From assembly GCA_038142325.1 (NCBI GenBank), contig JAYQJW010000002.1, positions 480,001 to 544,000 on the forward strand: a DNA stretch of 64,000 bases, read 5' to 3'. Below the pieces are notes generated by a model, which saw nothing but the letters and a program-made list of their open reading frames with translations, made no database searches and was not told the DNA's origin. The position numbers and the translations under genes were made by a program. The stretch's first letter is position 1, and every line of letters begins with the position of its first letter. The DNA comes from Gammaproteobacteria bacterium. Its GTDB lineage: Bacteria; Pseudomonadota; Gammaproteobacteria; GCA-002705445; GCA-002716945. Positions 46,471 through 57,610 of the stretch are shown piece by piece.

Positions 46471-47666
46471 AAAAGATAAGTATACTAGGTTCAACAGGAT
46501 CAATAGGACAAAACACTCTTGATGTCATGACATCATTGAATGGTAATTTCTCTTTATATGGAATTTCTTGTAATAATAATACTGATTTATTACTTAAACA
46601 AATTTATAAATATAAACCTAACATAGCTGTAATAACGAATCTTGAAAAATATAATTTATTTATCAAAAATCATGGAATTAAGTTAAAAGATACTGAAATA
46701 TTATTTGGTACTGATGGTCTTGAAGAAATATGTTCTAACAATGATGTCGATATAGTTGTAGCCTCGATAGTTGGATTTGAATGTTTAAAACCTGTGATAA
46801 CTGCTATTAAAACTAATAAAACTATATTAGCTGCTAACAAAGAAATACTAGTTTCTGCTGGGGATCTTATCCGTGATTTAATTCGCAAATCGAATGCTTT
46901 GCTATTACCAATCGATAGTGAACATAATGCTATTCTACAAATAATTTTATCATCAGGATTAGATCTTAAGATATTTCATAATGATTATTACAAATCTAAA
47001 ATTAATAAACTTACAATTACAGCATCAGGCGGACCCTTCATAGATTATAAGCTTTCTGACTTACAAAAAGTGACACCAAAAGAAGCAGTTATGCATCCTA
47101 CATGGAAAATGGGTGATAAAATTTCTGTAGATTCATCAACAATGATGAATAAAGGGCTAGAGATTATAGAAGCAAAATTGTTATTTAATTTGGATTTATC
47201 TAATATCAATGCTGTAATACACCGTCAAAGTCAAGTACATGCTTTAGTAGATTTCTTTGATGGAACTACCATTGCTCACTTTTCTCAACCTGATATGCGA
47301 ATACCAATATCATACGCATTAACATTTCCTGATAGACTGTACACAGGATCATCAAAGTCTTTTGATTTCTCCAACTTAACATTTGAAGCTGTCCCAATAA
47401 ACAAATTTCCATGTTACCAGATTGCCAGAGATGTTGCAGAAGTTGGAAAAAATTCTGGACTAATTCTTAATGCTGCTAATGAAATTAGTGTAGAATATTT
47501 TCTTAAAGGCATGATTAAATTTACAGATATATCCAATATCATCAATAATGTATTGGATCAAAATGAGCTATGTAGTCACACTAATATTAAGTCTATAATA
47601 GATAATGATATTTCGGTAAGAAAATTAACAAAAGAAATAATAAGTAAAAAATATGGAATTAATTAA
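46467..47666 (+). CDS. dxr: 1-deoxy-D-xylulose 5-phosphate reductoisomerase
   Basis: LGSTGSIG, ANKE, PIDSEH, TASGGPF, HPTWKMG, NKGLE. Confidence 0.96.
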   Translation: MKKISILGSTGSIGQNTLDVMTSLNGNFSLYGISCNNNTDLLLKQIYKYKPNIAVITNLEKYNLFIKNHGIKLKDTEILFGTDGLEEICSNNDVDIVVASIVGFECLKPVITAIKTNKTILAANKEILVSAGDLIRDLIRKSNALLLPIDSEHNAILQIILSSGLDLKIFHNDYYKSKINKLTITASGGPFIDYKLSDLQKVTPKEAVMHPTWKMGDKISVDSSTMMNKGLEIIEAKLLFNLDLSNINAVIHRQSQVHALVDFFDGTTIAHFSQPDMRIPISYALTFPDRLYTGSSKSFDFSNLTFEAVPINKFPCYQIARDVAEVGKNSGLILNAANEISVEYFLKGMIKFTDISNIINNVLDQNELCSHTNIKSIIDNDISVRKLTKEIISKKYGIN

Positions 47667-48964
47667 CAGTATAGTTGGATTCATTATTGCAATAGGTATT
47701 TTGGTTACCTTTCATGAATATGGTCATTATCTGGTGGCTAGAATGTGTGATGTTCGAGTGCTTAAGTTTAGTGTAGGATTTGGAAAACCAATTTATTCTT
47801 GGATTTCTAGTAAAACAAATACTAAATATTCACTATGTATGATTCCTCTTGGCGGCTATGTACAAATGTTAGAATCAAAAAACCAAGATGGGCAACCTAG
47901 CGAACATTGATGAAAATGACCATAAATACTGTTTTGATAAAAAAAATGTTTACCAGAGATTTGCTGTTGTTGCAGCAGGCCCTATTTTTAATTTGATATT
48001 AGCTGTAATATTTTTTGCTATAACTTTTATGTATGGCATCAGTGGTGTTAAGCCAAAAATATCGCTGGAAAATAATGTTTATGAAGTACTATCTGTAAAC
48101 AATAATGATGTACAACGATGGCAGGATGTAAGAGTTGAGTTATTGAATAATGTGGTCAATCAAAAAAAAATTATCTTAACACTAAAAGACACAAACAATA
48201 ACCTAAATAAATTTCCTGTTAAATATGATTCAACCATCTTGAACAAAGAAGGCGATATCGTATCAAATATAGGTTTAGACATAATATATCCGGGACGTGA
48301 TGCAATAATTGGTGATGTAAATACTAATGATAATAATCAAAATATAAAGGTAGATGATCGAATTTTAAGCATCGATGGACAACTGGTAGATAGTTGGAAC
48401 GACTTTGTAAGTATTATTAAGAAATCGCCTGAGCAGAAAATAAACATAGTTGCGTTACGTGATAATAAGGTCATTGATTATGACGCACGCGTACTTGAAA
48501 AAAATGGAAATGGATTTTTAGGAGTTTCAAAAAAAATTGATAAAACAGATTTCGTTTTTGTAAATTATAACTTTTCTGATTCAATCAATCGTGCAATTAC
48601 TAGTACGTCTGACTACACACTTTTAACCTTTAAGATGATTGGAAGACTTATTATCGGTGAGGCTAATGTAAAAAACCTTAGTGGCCCACTTTCAATTGCT
48701 CAGTTTTCAGGAAGATCTCTTGAAATGGGACTTTCATATTTTTTGTATCTACTAGCAATTTTAAGTGTAAGTCTGGGAGTCCTAAATCTATTACCAATTC
48801 CAATGTTAGATGGAGGTCATCTTGTATATTATCTTTATGAAATAGTATTCGGTGAAGAATTACCTCATAAAGTTCAATTAGTAGCTCAGTTCATAGGTAT
48901 AGCACTTCTTGGGTTTATTATGATAATTGCATTTTATAACGATTTCGTCAGAATATTTTCATGA
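47653..48964 (+). CDS. rseP: RIP metalloprotease RseP (indel near 47895)
   Basis: HEYGH, FSVGFG, PLGGYV, AAGP, NLLPIPMLDGGH. Confidence 0.95.
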
Positions 48965-51293
48965 TTCGAATTTTCTTTCTAATCCTTATTTCTTTTTTTA
49001 TAAATCTATCTCATGCTGATGAACAGCAGCTAAATTTCATTGAAATAGATGGAAACAAAAGAATAACAAATGAAGAGATAATTGAATATTCAAATTTTGA
49101 GATTGGCAAGAATTACAATCAAGATGATATTTCAGAGATTATAAAACGTTTATTTTCCACAAACCTTTTTACAGATATAAGTATTAAAACGGAAAATAAC
49201 ACTCTAATAATTAATGTTATAGAGACACCTTTAGTATCTAGAATAAACGTTGAAGGCAACAAACTTCTTGAAACTGAACAAATCATTTCATCTCTTGAAA
49301 GTATTGGTATAAAAAAAAGTAAACCTTATAGCAAAAATTTATTAGATAAGGTCGAACAGGAACTTGTTAGATTATATTATGATAACGGTCGCTATTCTTC
49401 ATTAGTTGAGATTGATGGAATTAAGGTTGAAAATAATCTAGTCAATCTAAATGTAAAAATTAATGAAGGTGAGGCTTCAACTATAAAGGAAGTTAAAATT
49501 ATAGGTAATAGAAGTTTTTCTACCCGTCAAATTAAATCTATCATTAAATCTGGCCCTAAGTATTGGTTTGAATTATGGTCTGATAAAGACATATATAACA
49601 ATACTCAGCTGGATCAAGATATTGAATCAATAATACAATTCTATCAGAACATGGGGTACGCAAAGGTTAAGATTGTGTCAAAACAAGTTAACTTATCTTC
49701 AGATAAGAAAGATATTTATATAACTATTTCAATTGATGAAGGAAAAAAATATATATTTGGAAGCGTTAGCGCAATGGGTCTTGAAAATTTTAATGATGAA
49801 ATATTTAAAAACATCCTAAAATTTAATTTAAAACCAGGAACATCATTTAATCGATCAAAAATTGAATCTACTAAAGAGAGCATAAAGTTTGTACTTGGTG
49901 AAAAGGGCTATGCATTTCCTGATATAAATTATAATGCTTCATTTAATGATAGTACTTCATCTGTGGATATAGCTTTTCTTATCAACTCAAACTCTAAATC
50001 CTTTGTAAGAAGAATAAATATAATCGGAAACACCAAGACTAATGATGAAGTCTATAGACGTGAGCTAAGACAATTTGAGTCATCATTGTATCAAGAAAAT
50101 AAAATTAATAGATCTAAAATAAGATTGCAACGTTTAAAATATGTAAATAACGTTGAGGTTAAGAAGACAATCATAAATCAATCGACAGGTGTAATTGATA
50201 TTGATTTTATAATTGATGAAACACAATCTGGTGAATTTCAAATTGGTGCGGGTTATTCTGACTCCTCAGGTGCTATTTTTAACGTTAAGCTTCAGCAAGA
50301 TAATTTTCTAGGGAAAGGTAACAATGTTTCTTTAGAACTAGAAAAAAGTTCTTATAAAAAGATGATTAGATATAGTAATACAAATCCTTATCATACACGA
50401 GATGGAATTTCTAAGACTACCAACCTTGTTTTTAGTGAAACTGATGTTTCTTCGACTTCTACAGCAGCATATATATCAGATACTATAGCTTATGGAGTTA
50501 ATTATAATGTCCCAATATCTGAGACTAAATCATATGGTTATGGAGGACAGCTAGTTTTAACTGAGTATACGACAACTTCGGGTTCACCATCAAATGTTCG
50601 GTCATTTTTAAATAAACATGGTAATACACATTTAGGCTTTTTATTTAATGCGAATTACACTGAAGATACAAGAGATCGAACTGTTTATGCGTCTTCCGGT
50701 AAAAGACAAAGCATAATTTCACATTTGTATATCCCGCCTGATTTTGATTATTCTTATGCGTCTGTTAAATTTATGGGTGAATACAACAAACCTTATAAAC
50801 TAAACTTTTTAAATATGTTTGATTGGAATACTGTTCTTCAAACTAAGCCGCAAATTGGGATTGGTGCAGGTTTAATAGGATCATCAAGCCTACCATTTCA
50901 TGATAAATTTTTTGCTGGCGGCGATCGAACTGTAAGAGGGTTTGATTCTAATAGCTTAGGACCACTCAGAAATAATACTACATGTACAGCAAAACTTGTG
51001 ATGCAATTGGTGGAGATTTTCTTTTTGCAATCCAAAATAACTGGATTTTTCCTCCTCCACCATTCTTAGGTGAGGATAATAGAAACTTTAGAGCATCATT
51101 ATTTGTTGATATAGGTAATGTATTTGAAGATATTGCAGATTTTAGTTATAGTGATTTACGTGGTAGTTATGGAATTCAAGGAAATTTCAGAACTCCTGTA
51201 GGTGCTGTATCTATTGGATTTGTGGATACATTCAAGTCTAAAACAGGCGATGATACAAAACCTATTATATTTTCTCTTGGAGGAGCATTTTGA
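48961..51293 (+). CDS. bamA: Outer membrane assembly factor BamA (indel near 50993)
   Basis: POTRA repeats, GNTKTNDEVYRRE, NFLGKG, VRGF motif, C-terminal FSLGGAF. Confidence 0.93.
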
Positions 51294-51793
51294 TGATGAA
51301 GAAAATCTATACATTTTTGCTTATAATTTTTATTATTTCACCAAATCTTGTACAAGCTGAAATTAAAGTAGGAATTGTAAAGCTTGATGTGTTATTCAAA
51401 GAGATACCTATATACAAAGAGTCTCAAAATAATATTAAAAATGAATTTAAACCTAAAGCAGATGAACTAAAAGAGATAGAGACTTCATGGAATAAGTTAA
51501 ATGATGATTATCTTAAAAATGAGAGAGTCATGTCAAAGGACGAGAGAAAAAACAAAATAAGCCAAATTAATAAAATTGAAAAAGAATTTAGAGAAAAACA
51601 ACAATCTCTTCAGAAAGAACTACAAACTAAACAGAACTCTGAACTAAATAGAATCAGAGTTATTGTAGAGAATGCTATTAATGAATATGCTAAAGATAAT
51701 GATTATGATTTAATATTAAGAGCGGACGGTACAACTTTGTATGCTAAGAAATATGTTGATATTACTCAAGAGATTATAAATAAGCTCAACTAG
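51293..51793 (+). CDS. skp: Periplasmic chaperone Skp/OmpH
   Basis: Signal peptide, KVGIV, coiled coil, YDLIL, DITQEII. Confidence 0.9.
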   Translation: MMKKIYTFLLIIFIISPNLVQAEIKVGIVKLDVLFKEIPIYKESQNNIKNEFKPKADELKEIETSWNKLNDDYLKNERVMSKDERKNKISQINKIEKEFREKQQSLQKELQTKQNSELNRIRVIVENAINEYAKDNDYDLILRADGTTLYAKKYVDITQEIINKLN

Positions 51794-51794
51794 A

Positions 51795-52679
51795 ATGAAG
51801 CTAGATAAAGCTTATACTATTAGTGAATTAGAGAATGTACTTGGCGCAGAGTGTATTTCAAATGATAATAAATTATTTGATACCATATCAACTATTACCA
51901 ATCCTATTAAAGGATCACTAGGTTTTCTTACTAGTGATAATGATTATGATTTATCATTATTTGCTGGTTTAATTGTAGATATATCGTTTTCAAGAGAAAT
52001 AAGTAAAGACATTTTGTTATTCAGAACTAAAAATGTATCTAAATCTTTATCCAAATTACTTTATAGGATTGATAATGGTAGTGAATACGAATTATTAAAA
52101 AATCATCTTAATGTCACAATTGGAGAGAACGTTTCAATTGGAAGTAATTGTTTAATATATCCTGGAGTATTTATCAATCATAATACTATCATTGGAGACA
52201 ATGTAATAATACATCCCAATGCTGTTATTGGCTCTGATGGCTTTGGACTTTATCGCGATGAAAACTCATGGGTAAAAATACCTCATGTTGGCTCTGTTGT
52301 TATAGAAAATAACGTTGAAATAGGTAGCGGCACAACCATTGATAGAGGCATGATTGATAATACATATCTAAGAAAAAACTGTAAAATAGATAATCTAGTA
52401 CACATTGCGCATAACGTAACGATAGGCGAGAATACAGCAATCGCTGCTTGTACTGGAATTGCAGGTAGCACAATTATTGGAAATAACTGCACTATTGGTG
52501 GTGGTGTTGGTATTAACGGGCATATAACAGTATGTGATAATGTGCATATTCATGGTATGACAATGGTTACTAAATCTATTAAGAAAGAAGGATCATATGC
52601 GTCAGCAATGGCAGCTGATACAGTTCGTAATTGGAGCAAAAATCAAGTATTATTCAGAAATCTGCATAAGAAAAAATAG
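51795..52679 (+). CDS. lpxD: UDP-3-O-acylglucosamine N-acyltransferase
   Basis: IGSDGFG, KIPHVG, TIDRG, IDNLVHIAHNV, hexapeptide repeats. Confidence 0.93.
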   Translation: MKLDKAYTISELENVLGAECISNDNKLFDTISTITNPIKGSLGFLTSDNDYDLSLFAGLIVDISFSREISKDILLFRTKNVSKSLSKLLYRIDNGSEYELLKNHLNVTIGENVSIGSNCLIYPGVFINHNTIIGDNVIIHPNAVIGSDGFGLYRDENSWVKIPHVGSVVIENNVEIGSGTTIDRGMIDNTYLRKNCKIDNLVHIAHNVTIGENTAIAACTGIAGSTIIGNNCTIGGGVGINGHITVCDNVHIHGMTMVTKSIKKEGSYASAMAADTVRNWSKNQVLFRNLHKKK

Positions 52680-52688
52680 GCACATAAT

Positions 52689-53120
52689 ATGATAATTCAA
52701 AATTACTTACCTCATAGATACCCTTTTCTTTTGATTGATAAAGTTATTAAAATCGAAGAAGGTAAAACTATAATAGCAAACAAAAACGTTAGTAATAATG
52801 AACCTTTTTTCCAAGGACATTTTCCTGAACATCCAGTATTCCCAGGTGTTCTTTTGCTTGAAGCTATGGCACAAGCTACAGCAATTCTTGATGTACATAG
52901 TAATAAAAGAGATATGACTAAACATCTCTATTATTTCGTTGGTATAGATAATGCAAGGTTCAAAAAACAGGTACTTCCTGGTGATATAATTACTATTCAT
53001 GCAGAGTTACTTCAAAGCAAAAGCGAAGTCCATAAATTTGCTGCCTATTGTGAGGTAGAATCTGAAATTGTTTGTAAAGCTGATTTAATTGGAGCGATTA
53101 GACCAAGGAATGATACATAG
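52689..53120 (+). CDS. fabZ: 3-hydroxyacyl-ACP dehydratase
   Basis: LPHRYPFLLIDKV, FFQGHFP, PGVLLLEAMAQ. Confidence 0.96.
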   Translation: MIIQNYLPHRYPFLLIDKVIKIEEGKTIIANKNVSNNEPFFQGHFPEHPVFPGVLLLEAMAQATAILDVHSNKRDMTKHLYYFVGIDNARFKKQVLPGDIITIHAELLQSKSEVHKFAAYCEVESEIVCKADLIGAIRPRNDT

Positions 53121-53880
53121 TACAGCAATCATTGATCCGTCAGCTGATATAGATGAGAGCGTTGAAATAGGTGCTTATTCTGTTATTGAAAAAAATGTGT
53201 CCATTAAAGCAGGCACAATAATAAAAGAACATTCAATCATCAGACAAAATACATCGATTGGTAAAAATAATATCATCTATCAATTTTCCACAATTGGTGA
53301 AGAACCCCAAGACTTAAAGTTTGATGGAGAGAACACCACTTGCACAATAGGTGACAATAATACTTTTAGAGAATATTGCAGCATACATCGTGGCACAGAA
53401 AAAGGCATATCTGATACATTTATCGGGAATAATAATTTATTTATGGCTTATACCCATGTGGCACATGATTGTATAATAAATGACAACTGCATATTATCAA
53501 ATGCTGCGAGTCTTAGCTGGCCATGTATATCTAGAATCATATGTTTCATTAGGGGGTTCAGTTTAGTGCATCAGTTTTGCAGAGTAGGTGAATATGCATT
53601 CTCTGGACTTGGGACTGTTATTACGCAAGATATAACTCCTTATACACTGGTGTCAGGAAATCATGCAAAAGCATATAAAATAAATGTTGAAGGACTAAAA
53701 AGAAAAGGTTTTGATAAAAATACTATTCAATCACTTGAGAAATGTTTCAAATTATTTATAAAATCAAAAAAAACATCTGATGAAAAATTAGATGAATATA
53801 ATTCTCTTAATATAGAAAATGATTTCACAAAAAAATTTGTAACTTTTTTTGTTGAAAGTAAAAGAGGTGTTACTAGATAA
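53110..53880 (+). CDS. lpxA: UDP-GlcNAc (or GlcNAc3N) acyltransferase (compensating indels about 53515-53570)
   Basis: IHSTAII, PQDLKF, IHRGT, HVAHDC, HQF, NVEGLKRKGF; alternative frame restores AGHVYLESYVSLGG. Confidence 0.95.
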   Translation: MIHSTAIIDPSADIDESVEIGAYSVIEKNVSIKAGTIIKEHSIIRQNTSIGKNNIIYQFSTIGEEPQDLKFDGENTTCTIGDNNTFREYCSIHRGTEKGISDTFIGNNNLFMAYTHVAHDCIINDNCILSNAASLSWPCISRIICFIRGFSLVHQFCRVGEYAFSGLGTVITQDITPYTLVSGNHAKAYKINVEGLKRKGFDKNTIQSLEKCFKLFIKSKKTSDEKLDEYNSLNIENDFTKKFVTFFVESKRGVTR

Positions 53881-55006
53881 CATTTAGTAATCTATCTATG
53901 ATACTGTTTAAATTATCCTGCGACTTACCTGATAGACTGCTTTTGATTTCCTTGTACATATTAATCATATCTTGTCTATACTTATTATCATTATCAATCT
54001 TGTTTAGTTCAACCATAACATCAATTTGATCTGAATATGATGGTTGAATGAACTCTTTTACAATTGGTTTTGACCCTATAGTATCACCAAGAACTAAGTT
54101 AACTAATCCAATATATTTTAATTTAACCAAAGATTTCATAACAAAGTATGTGATTAATGATAATTTATACATTATGACCATCGGTACTTCTAAAATTGCT
54201 AGTTGAAGTGTAACTGTGCCTGAAGCACATATAGCTTTTTTACAGTTACTTATTGCATTGATATCCTCTCCTGATTTTAAACATGGATGATAATTCTCAG
54301 GTAATAATTTTTCTAATAATTCTAAACACGTCTTATTGGCATAAAATATTGCAATATTTTGTTTTTTTTTATTTTGTAAACAGTCAAGCATCATGTGTAT
54401 ATTATTTTTAATCTCTGATTCTCTACTTCCGGGGAAAATACCAAGATCAATTGACCTTTCGTTAATGCTTTTTACAGAATTTATCAAATTAGCATCATGA
54501 AATAAAGGGTGTCCAACAAATGACACATCTTTTGTATATTTTTTAAAAAATAACTCTTCAAATGGAAATATCACTGCTAAGTAACTTATGTTTTCAATTA
54601 GAGATTGCGCTCTTTTTTCTCTCCAAGCCCAAAGTTGTGGGGCAATATAAAATAAAACAGGAATATTTAAGCTTTTTGCATATTTAGCAATTTTCAAATT
54701 GAACTCAACATAATCTACTAAAATTATAAGATTGGGTTTAGTATCTTTGATATGGTTTTTAGCTATTTTAAGTGCATCTGAGATTTTATTAATTTTCGAG
54801 AGAACTTCAATAACGCCTACTACAGAGATCTTTTCTGTATTATATATCATGTTAGCTCCAGTTTTCTCTAATTCATTTTGACCAAAGGCATCAACTATTA
54901 CATCTTTATTTTTTTCTGTATATTGTCTAATAAGTCTAGATGCATGTTGATCACCAGATGGCTCTCCTGCAATAATGAATACTCTTTTTGTTTTGTTAAT
55001 ATTCAT
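53873..55006 (-). CDS. lpxB: Lipid A disaccharide synthase
   Basis: IAGEPSGD, VDYVEFN, YIAPQLWAWR, IFPFE, FVGHPL, PGSRESEI, SGTVTL. Confidence 0.95.
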   Translation of the reverse strand: MNINKTKRVFIIAGEPSGDQHASRLIRQYTEKNKDVIVDAFGQNELEKTGANMIYNTEKISVVGVIEVLSKINKISDALKIAKNHIKDTKPNLIILVDYVEFNLKIAKYAKSLNIPVLFYIAPQLWAWREKRAQSLIENISYLAVIFPFEELFFKKYTKDVSFVGHPLFHDANLINSVKSINERSIDLGIFPGSRESEIKNNIHMMLDCLQNKKKQNIAIFYANKTCLELLEKLLPENYHPCLKSGEDINAISNCKKAICASGTVTLQLAILEVPMVIMYKLSLITYFVMKSLVKLKYIGLVNLVLGDTIGSKPIVKEFIQPSYSDQIDVMVELNKIDNDNKYRQDMINMYKEIKSSLSGKSQDNLNSIIDRLLNVI

Positions 55007-56081
55007 TTATGACATTACATATCATTTTTATATCATTTGTTTTTAACTCAGGATATATAGGTATTGATATACATTCTTTTGATATTTTCTCAACCATTGG
55101 CATGGAATTATATTTATATACTTCATAAGCTTTATATTTATAGATTGGTTTTGAATAATAAATTCCATAAGGAATTTTATGTTGCTTGAGGTGTTTTTCA
55201 AATTTGTTTCTATTCTTAACTCTCAAAGTAAATTGATTAAAAGTGTGTTTAGAATTTTTATCTACAAAAGGTAATATAACTTTATCGTTATTTATTAATT
55301 TAAAATACATTTTTGCAATGGACCTTCTATTCTCTATGAATTTATTGATGTAGGGTAATTTAACTGCCAGAATGGCAGCTTGTAATTCATCCAGTCGACT
55401 ATTATATCCAATTACATCATGTTGATTCCTCTTGATTCCACCATGAGTACGGAGTTTCAATAATAAATTATAAGCTTTCTTATTTTTTACCGTAATTAAA
55501 CCTCCATCTCCAAAACATCCAAGGTTTTTTGTTGGAAAAAAACTAAAGCATCCAAATTCACCATATGTTCCGCTTTGTTTATTATTATGAGTTGCACCAA
55601 AAGATTGAGCGCAATCCTCTATATGAGCAATGTTATACTCATTTGCTAGAGTATTAATTTCATCTAATTTACATGTTTGTCCAAAAATATTAACTGATAA
55701 GATTGCTTTTGTTTTTCTATTAATCATTTTTTTTATATTTTTAGGATTAATATTGAATGTATGAGGATTAATATCTGCAAACACTGGTTTAGCTCCAACT
55801 AGCGATATTGCTTCTGAACTAGCAAAATATGTAAATGGTGTTGTTATTACTTCATCATCTTTTTCGATACCTAAGGCTCTAAGTGATAAAATTAGTGCAT
55901 CAGTACCAGAATTACAACTAACTGAATATTTACTACCAAGATAATCATTTATTTTTTTTTCAAAAAATTTAACATTGTCACCTAATATATAATTTCCAGA
56001 TGCAAGAACTTCGAGTACCTTGCTATTAATTTTCTTTTCTAATTTTTTATATTGTTCAGTTAAGTCAAATGATTTTATCAT
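54996..56081 (-). CDS. gnnB: DegT/DnrJ PLP aminotransferase, probable GnnB
   Basis: NSGTDAL, EDCAQSFG, FSFFPTKNLGCFGDGG, GYNSRLDELQAA; overlaps the lpxB start. Confidence 0.75.
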   Translation of the reverse strand: MIKSFDLTEQYKKLEKKINSKVLEVLASGNYILGDNVKFFEKKINDYLGSKYSVSCNSGTDALILSLRALGIEKDDEVITTPFTYFASSEAISLVGAKPVFADINPHTFNINPKNIKKMINRKTKAILSVNIFGQTCKLDEINTLANEYNIAHIEDCAQSFGATHNNKQSGTYGEFGCFSFFPTKNLGCFGDGGLITVKNKKAYNLLLKLRTHGGIKRNQHDVIGYNSRLDELQAAILAVKLPYINKFIENRRSIAKMYFKLINNDKVILPFVDKNSKHTFNQFTLRVKNRNKFEKHLKQHKIPYGIYYSKPIYKYKAYEVYKYNSMPMVEKISKECISIPIYPELKTNDIKMICNVINEY

Positions 56082-56083
56082 TG

Positions 56084-56995
56084 TTATAAATTCCTTGTAA
56101 TTTTTTTAGCTACAGCTAAAGCCTTTTGTCCTTCTACCCCAGTGGTCACAGATTTTTCTTTGCCATAACAAGCTTTTATAAAATTATTTATCTCGTCACG
56201 TAGAGAATCAGATTTTTTGAACTTATAGTCAACATGTTTGAATGTATTATTTTTATTCTTATTTAGCTTTTTCAATTCATTATTAATAAAATCAACAGAG
56301 TAGTAAGAATTTTTTAAAAATATTCTCATTTTACGTTCATTCTTGGTACTTATCCTGCTTGCTGTTAAATTAGCAACAACATTATTTTTAAACTCTATTC
56401 GAACGTTTGCTATATCTATTAATTCAGTAATTACTTTCTTTCCTGATACTGATATTTTTTTTATCTCGTGATTTACCAGTGATAAAACAATATCTATATC
56501 ATGTATCATTAGATCCAAAACAACATCAACATCTGTTGCTCTTGGATTAAACTTACATAATCGATGAACCTCAATAAATTCTGGACTTTTAAGTTGTGAC
56601 TTTAATTTCTTTATAGCAGGATTAAATTGCTCTAAGTGTCCAATTTGTAATATACATTTATTTTTTTTTGCTATTTTATTGATTGAGCATGCTTGACTAA
56701 CAGTTTCTGTCATTGGTTTCTCAAGGAGAACATGCTTTTTATTTTCCAAGAAAAATTTAGCAATTTTATGATGAGTAATTGTTGGTGTAACAATAGATAC
56801 AGCATCAACTTTATCAAGAATATCTCTATATGATTTAGATTTAAAGATATTATTATTCTTGATAATTTTAAAATTAGCCTCATCAGTATCTACAATAGAT
56901 GTAACTTTGACAGATGGGTTTAACATATACTTTTGATAATGAAATTTACCTAAATATCCTAATCCAATTATTCCAATTCTAATTTTAGTAGTCAT
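56084..56995 (-). CDS. gnnA: Gfo/Idh/MocA NAD-dependent oxidoreductase, probable GnnA
   Basis: GLGYLGKFH, EKP, GHLEQFNP, DVDVVLDLMIHDID, ANLTASRIS; operon with gnnB-lpxB. Confidence 0.75.
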   Translation of the reverse strand: MTTKIRIGIIGLGYLGKFHYQKYMLNPSVKVTSIVDTDEANFKIIKNNNIFKSKSYRDILDKVDAVSIVTPTITHHKIAKFFLENKKHVLLEKPMTETVSQACSINKIAKKNKCILQIGHLEQFNPAIKKLKSQLKSPEFIEVHRLCKFNPRATDVDVVLDLMIHDIDIVLSLVNHEIKKISVSGKKVITELIDIANVRIEFKNNVVANLTASRISTKNERKMRIFLKNSYYSVDFINNELKKLNKNKNNTFKHVDYKFKKSDSLRDEINNFIKACYGKEKSVTTGVEGQKALAVAKKITRNL

Positions 56996-57046
56996 AATAT
57001 ATTATTATTTATAGTGATTTGCGAAATCACATTATATACCATTTAG

Positions 57047-57610
57047 ATGCAATCAAGGAAAATAATAGCAGGAGTTGATGAAGTGGGTAGAGGAAGCCTT
57101 GTTGGTTCGGTTGTATCTGCTGCAGTTATATTATCTGATAACACGTCTACTGAGGATTTTAAAGATTCAAAGAAATTAAGGGAAAAAAAGAGAATAGCTA
57201 TTGCAAATAATATCATTCAATCGTCTTTAAGTGTTTCAGTTGGAATTGCCACTAAAGAAGAAATTGACTTAATGAATATACACAATGCTTCATTGCTAAG
57301 TATGAAGAGAGCTATAAATAATCTTTATTTAAAACCAAATTTAGTACTTGTTGACGGTATTCATTCACCGGATATTGATATTGAATGCAGGTCAATAATT
57401 AAGGGTGACGATAAAATCAAACAAATCTCTGCAGCATCTATAATAGCAAAGGTAACAAGAGATTTTGAGATGAACTATATTGATACTAGATACCCTATGT
57501 ATAGTTTAAAGGATAATAAAGGTTATTTAACGAGACAACATAAACAAGCAATAGCATCATTTGGCAAAACCATTTATCATAGAGATTCATTTTTCACACA
57601 GTATGAATAA
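57047..57610 (+). CDS. rnhB: Ribonuclease HII
   Basis: AGVDEVGRG, DSKKL, LVDG, IKGD, AASIIAKVTRD, KGY. Confidence 0.95.
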   Translation: MQSRKIIAGVDEVGRGSLVGSVVSAAVILSDNTSTEDFKDSKKLREKKRIAIANNIIQSSLSVSVGIATKEEIDLMNIHNASLLSMKRAINNLYLKPNLVLVDGIHSPDIDIECRSIIKGDDKIKQISAASIIAKVTRDFEMNYIDTRYPMYSLKDNKGYLTRQHKQAIASFGKTIYHRDSFFTQYE

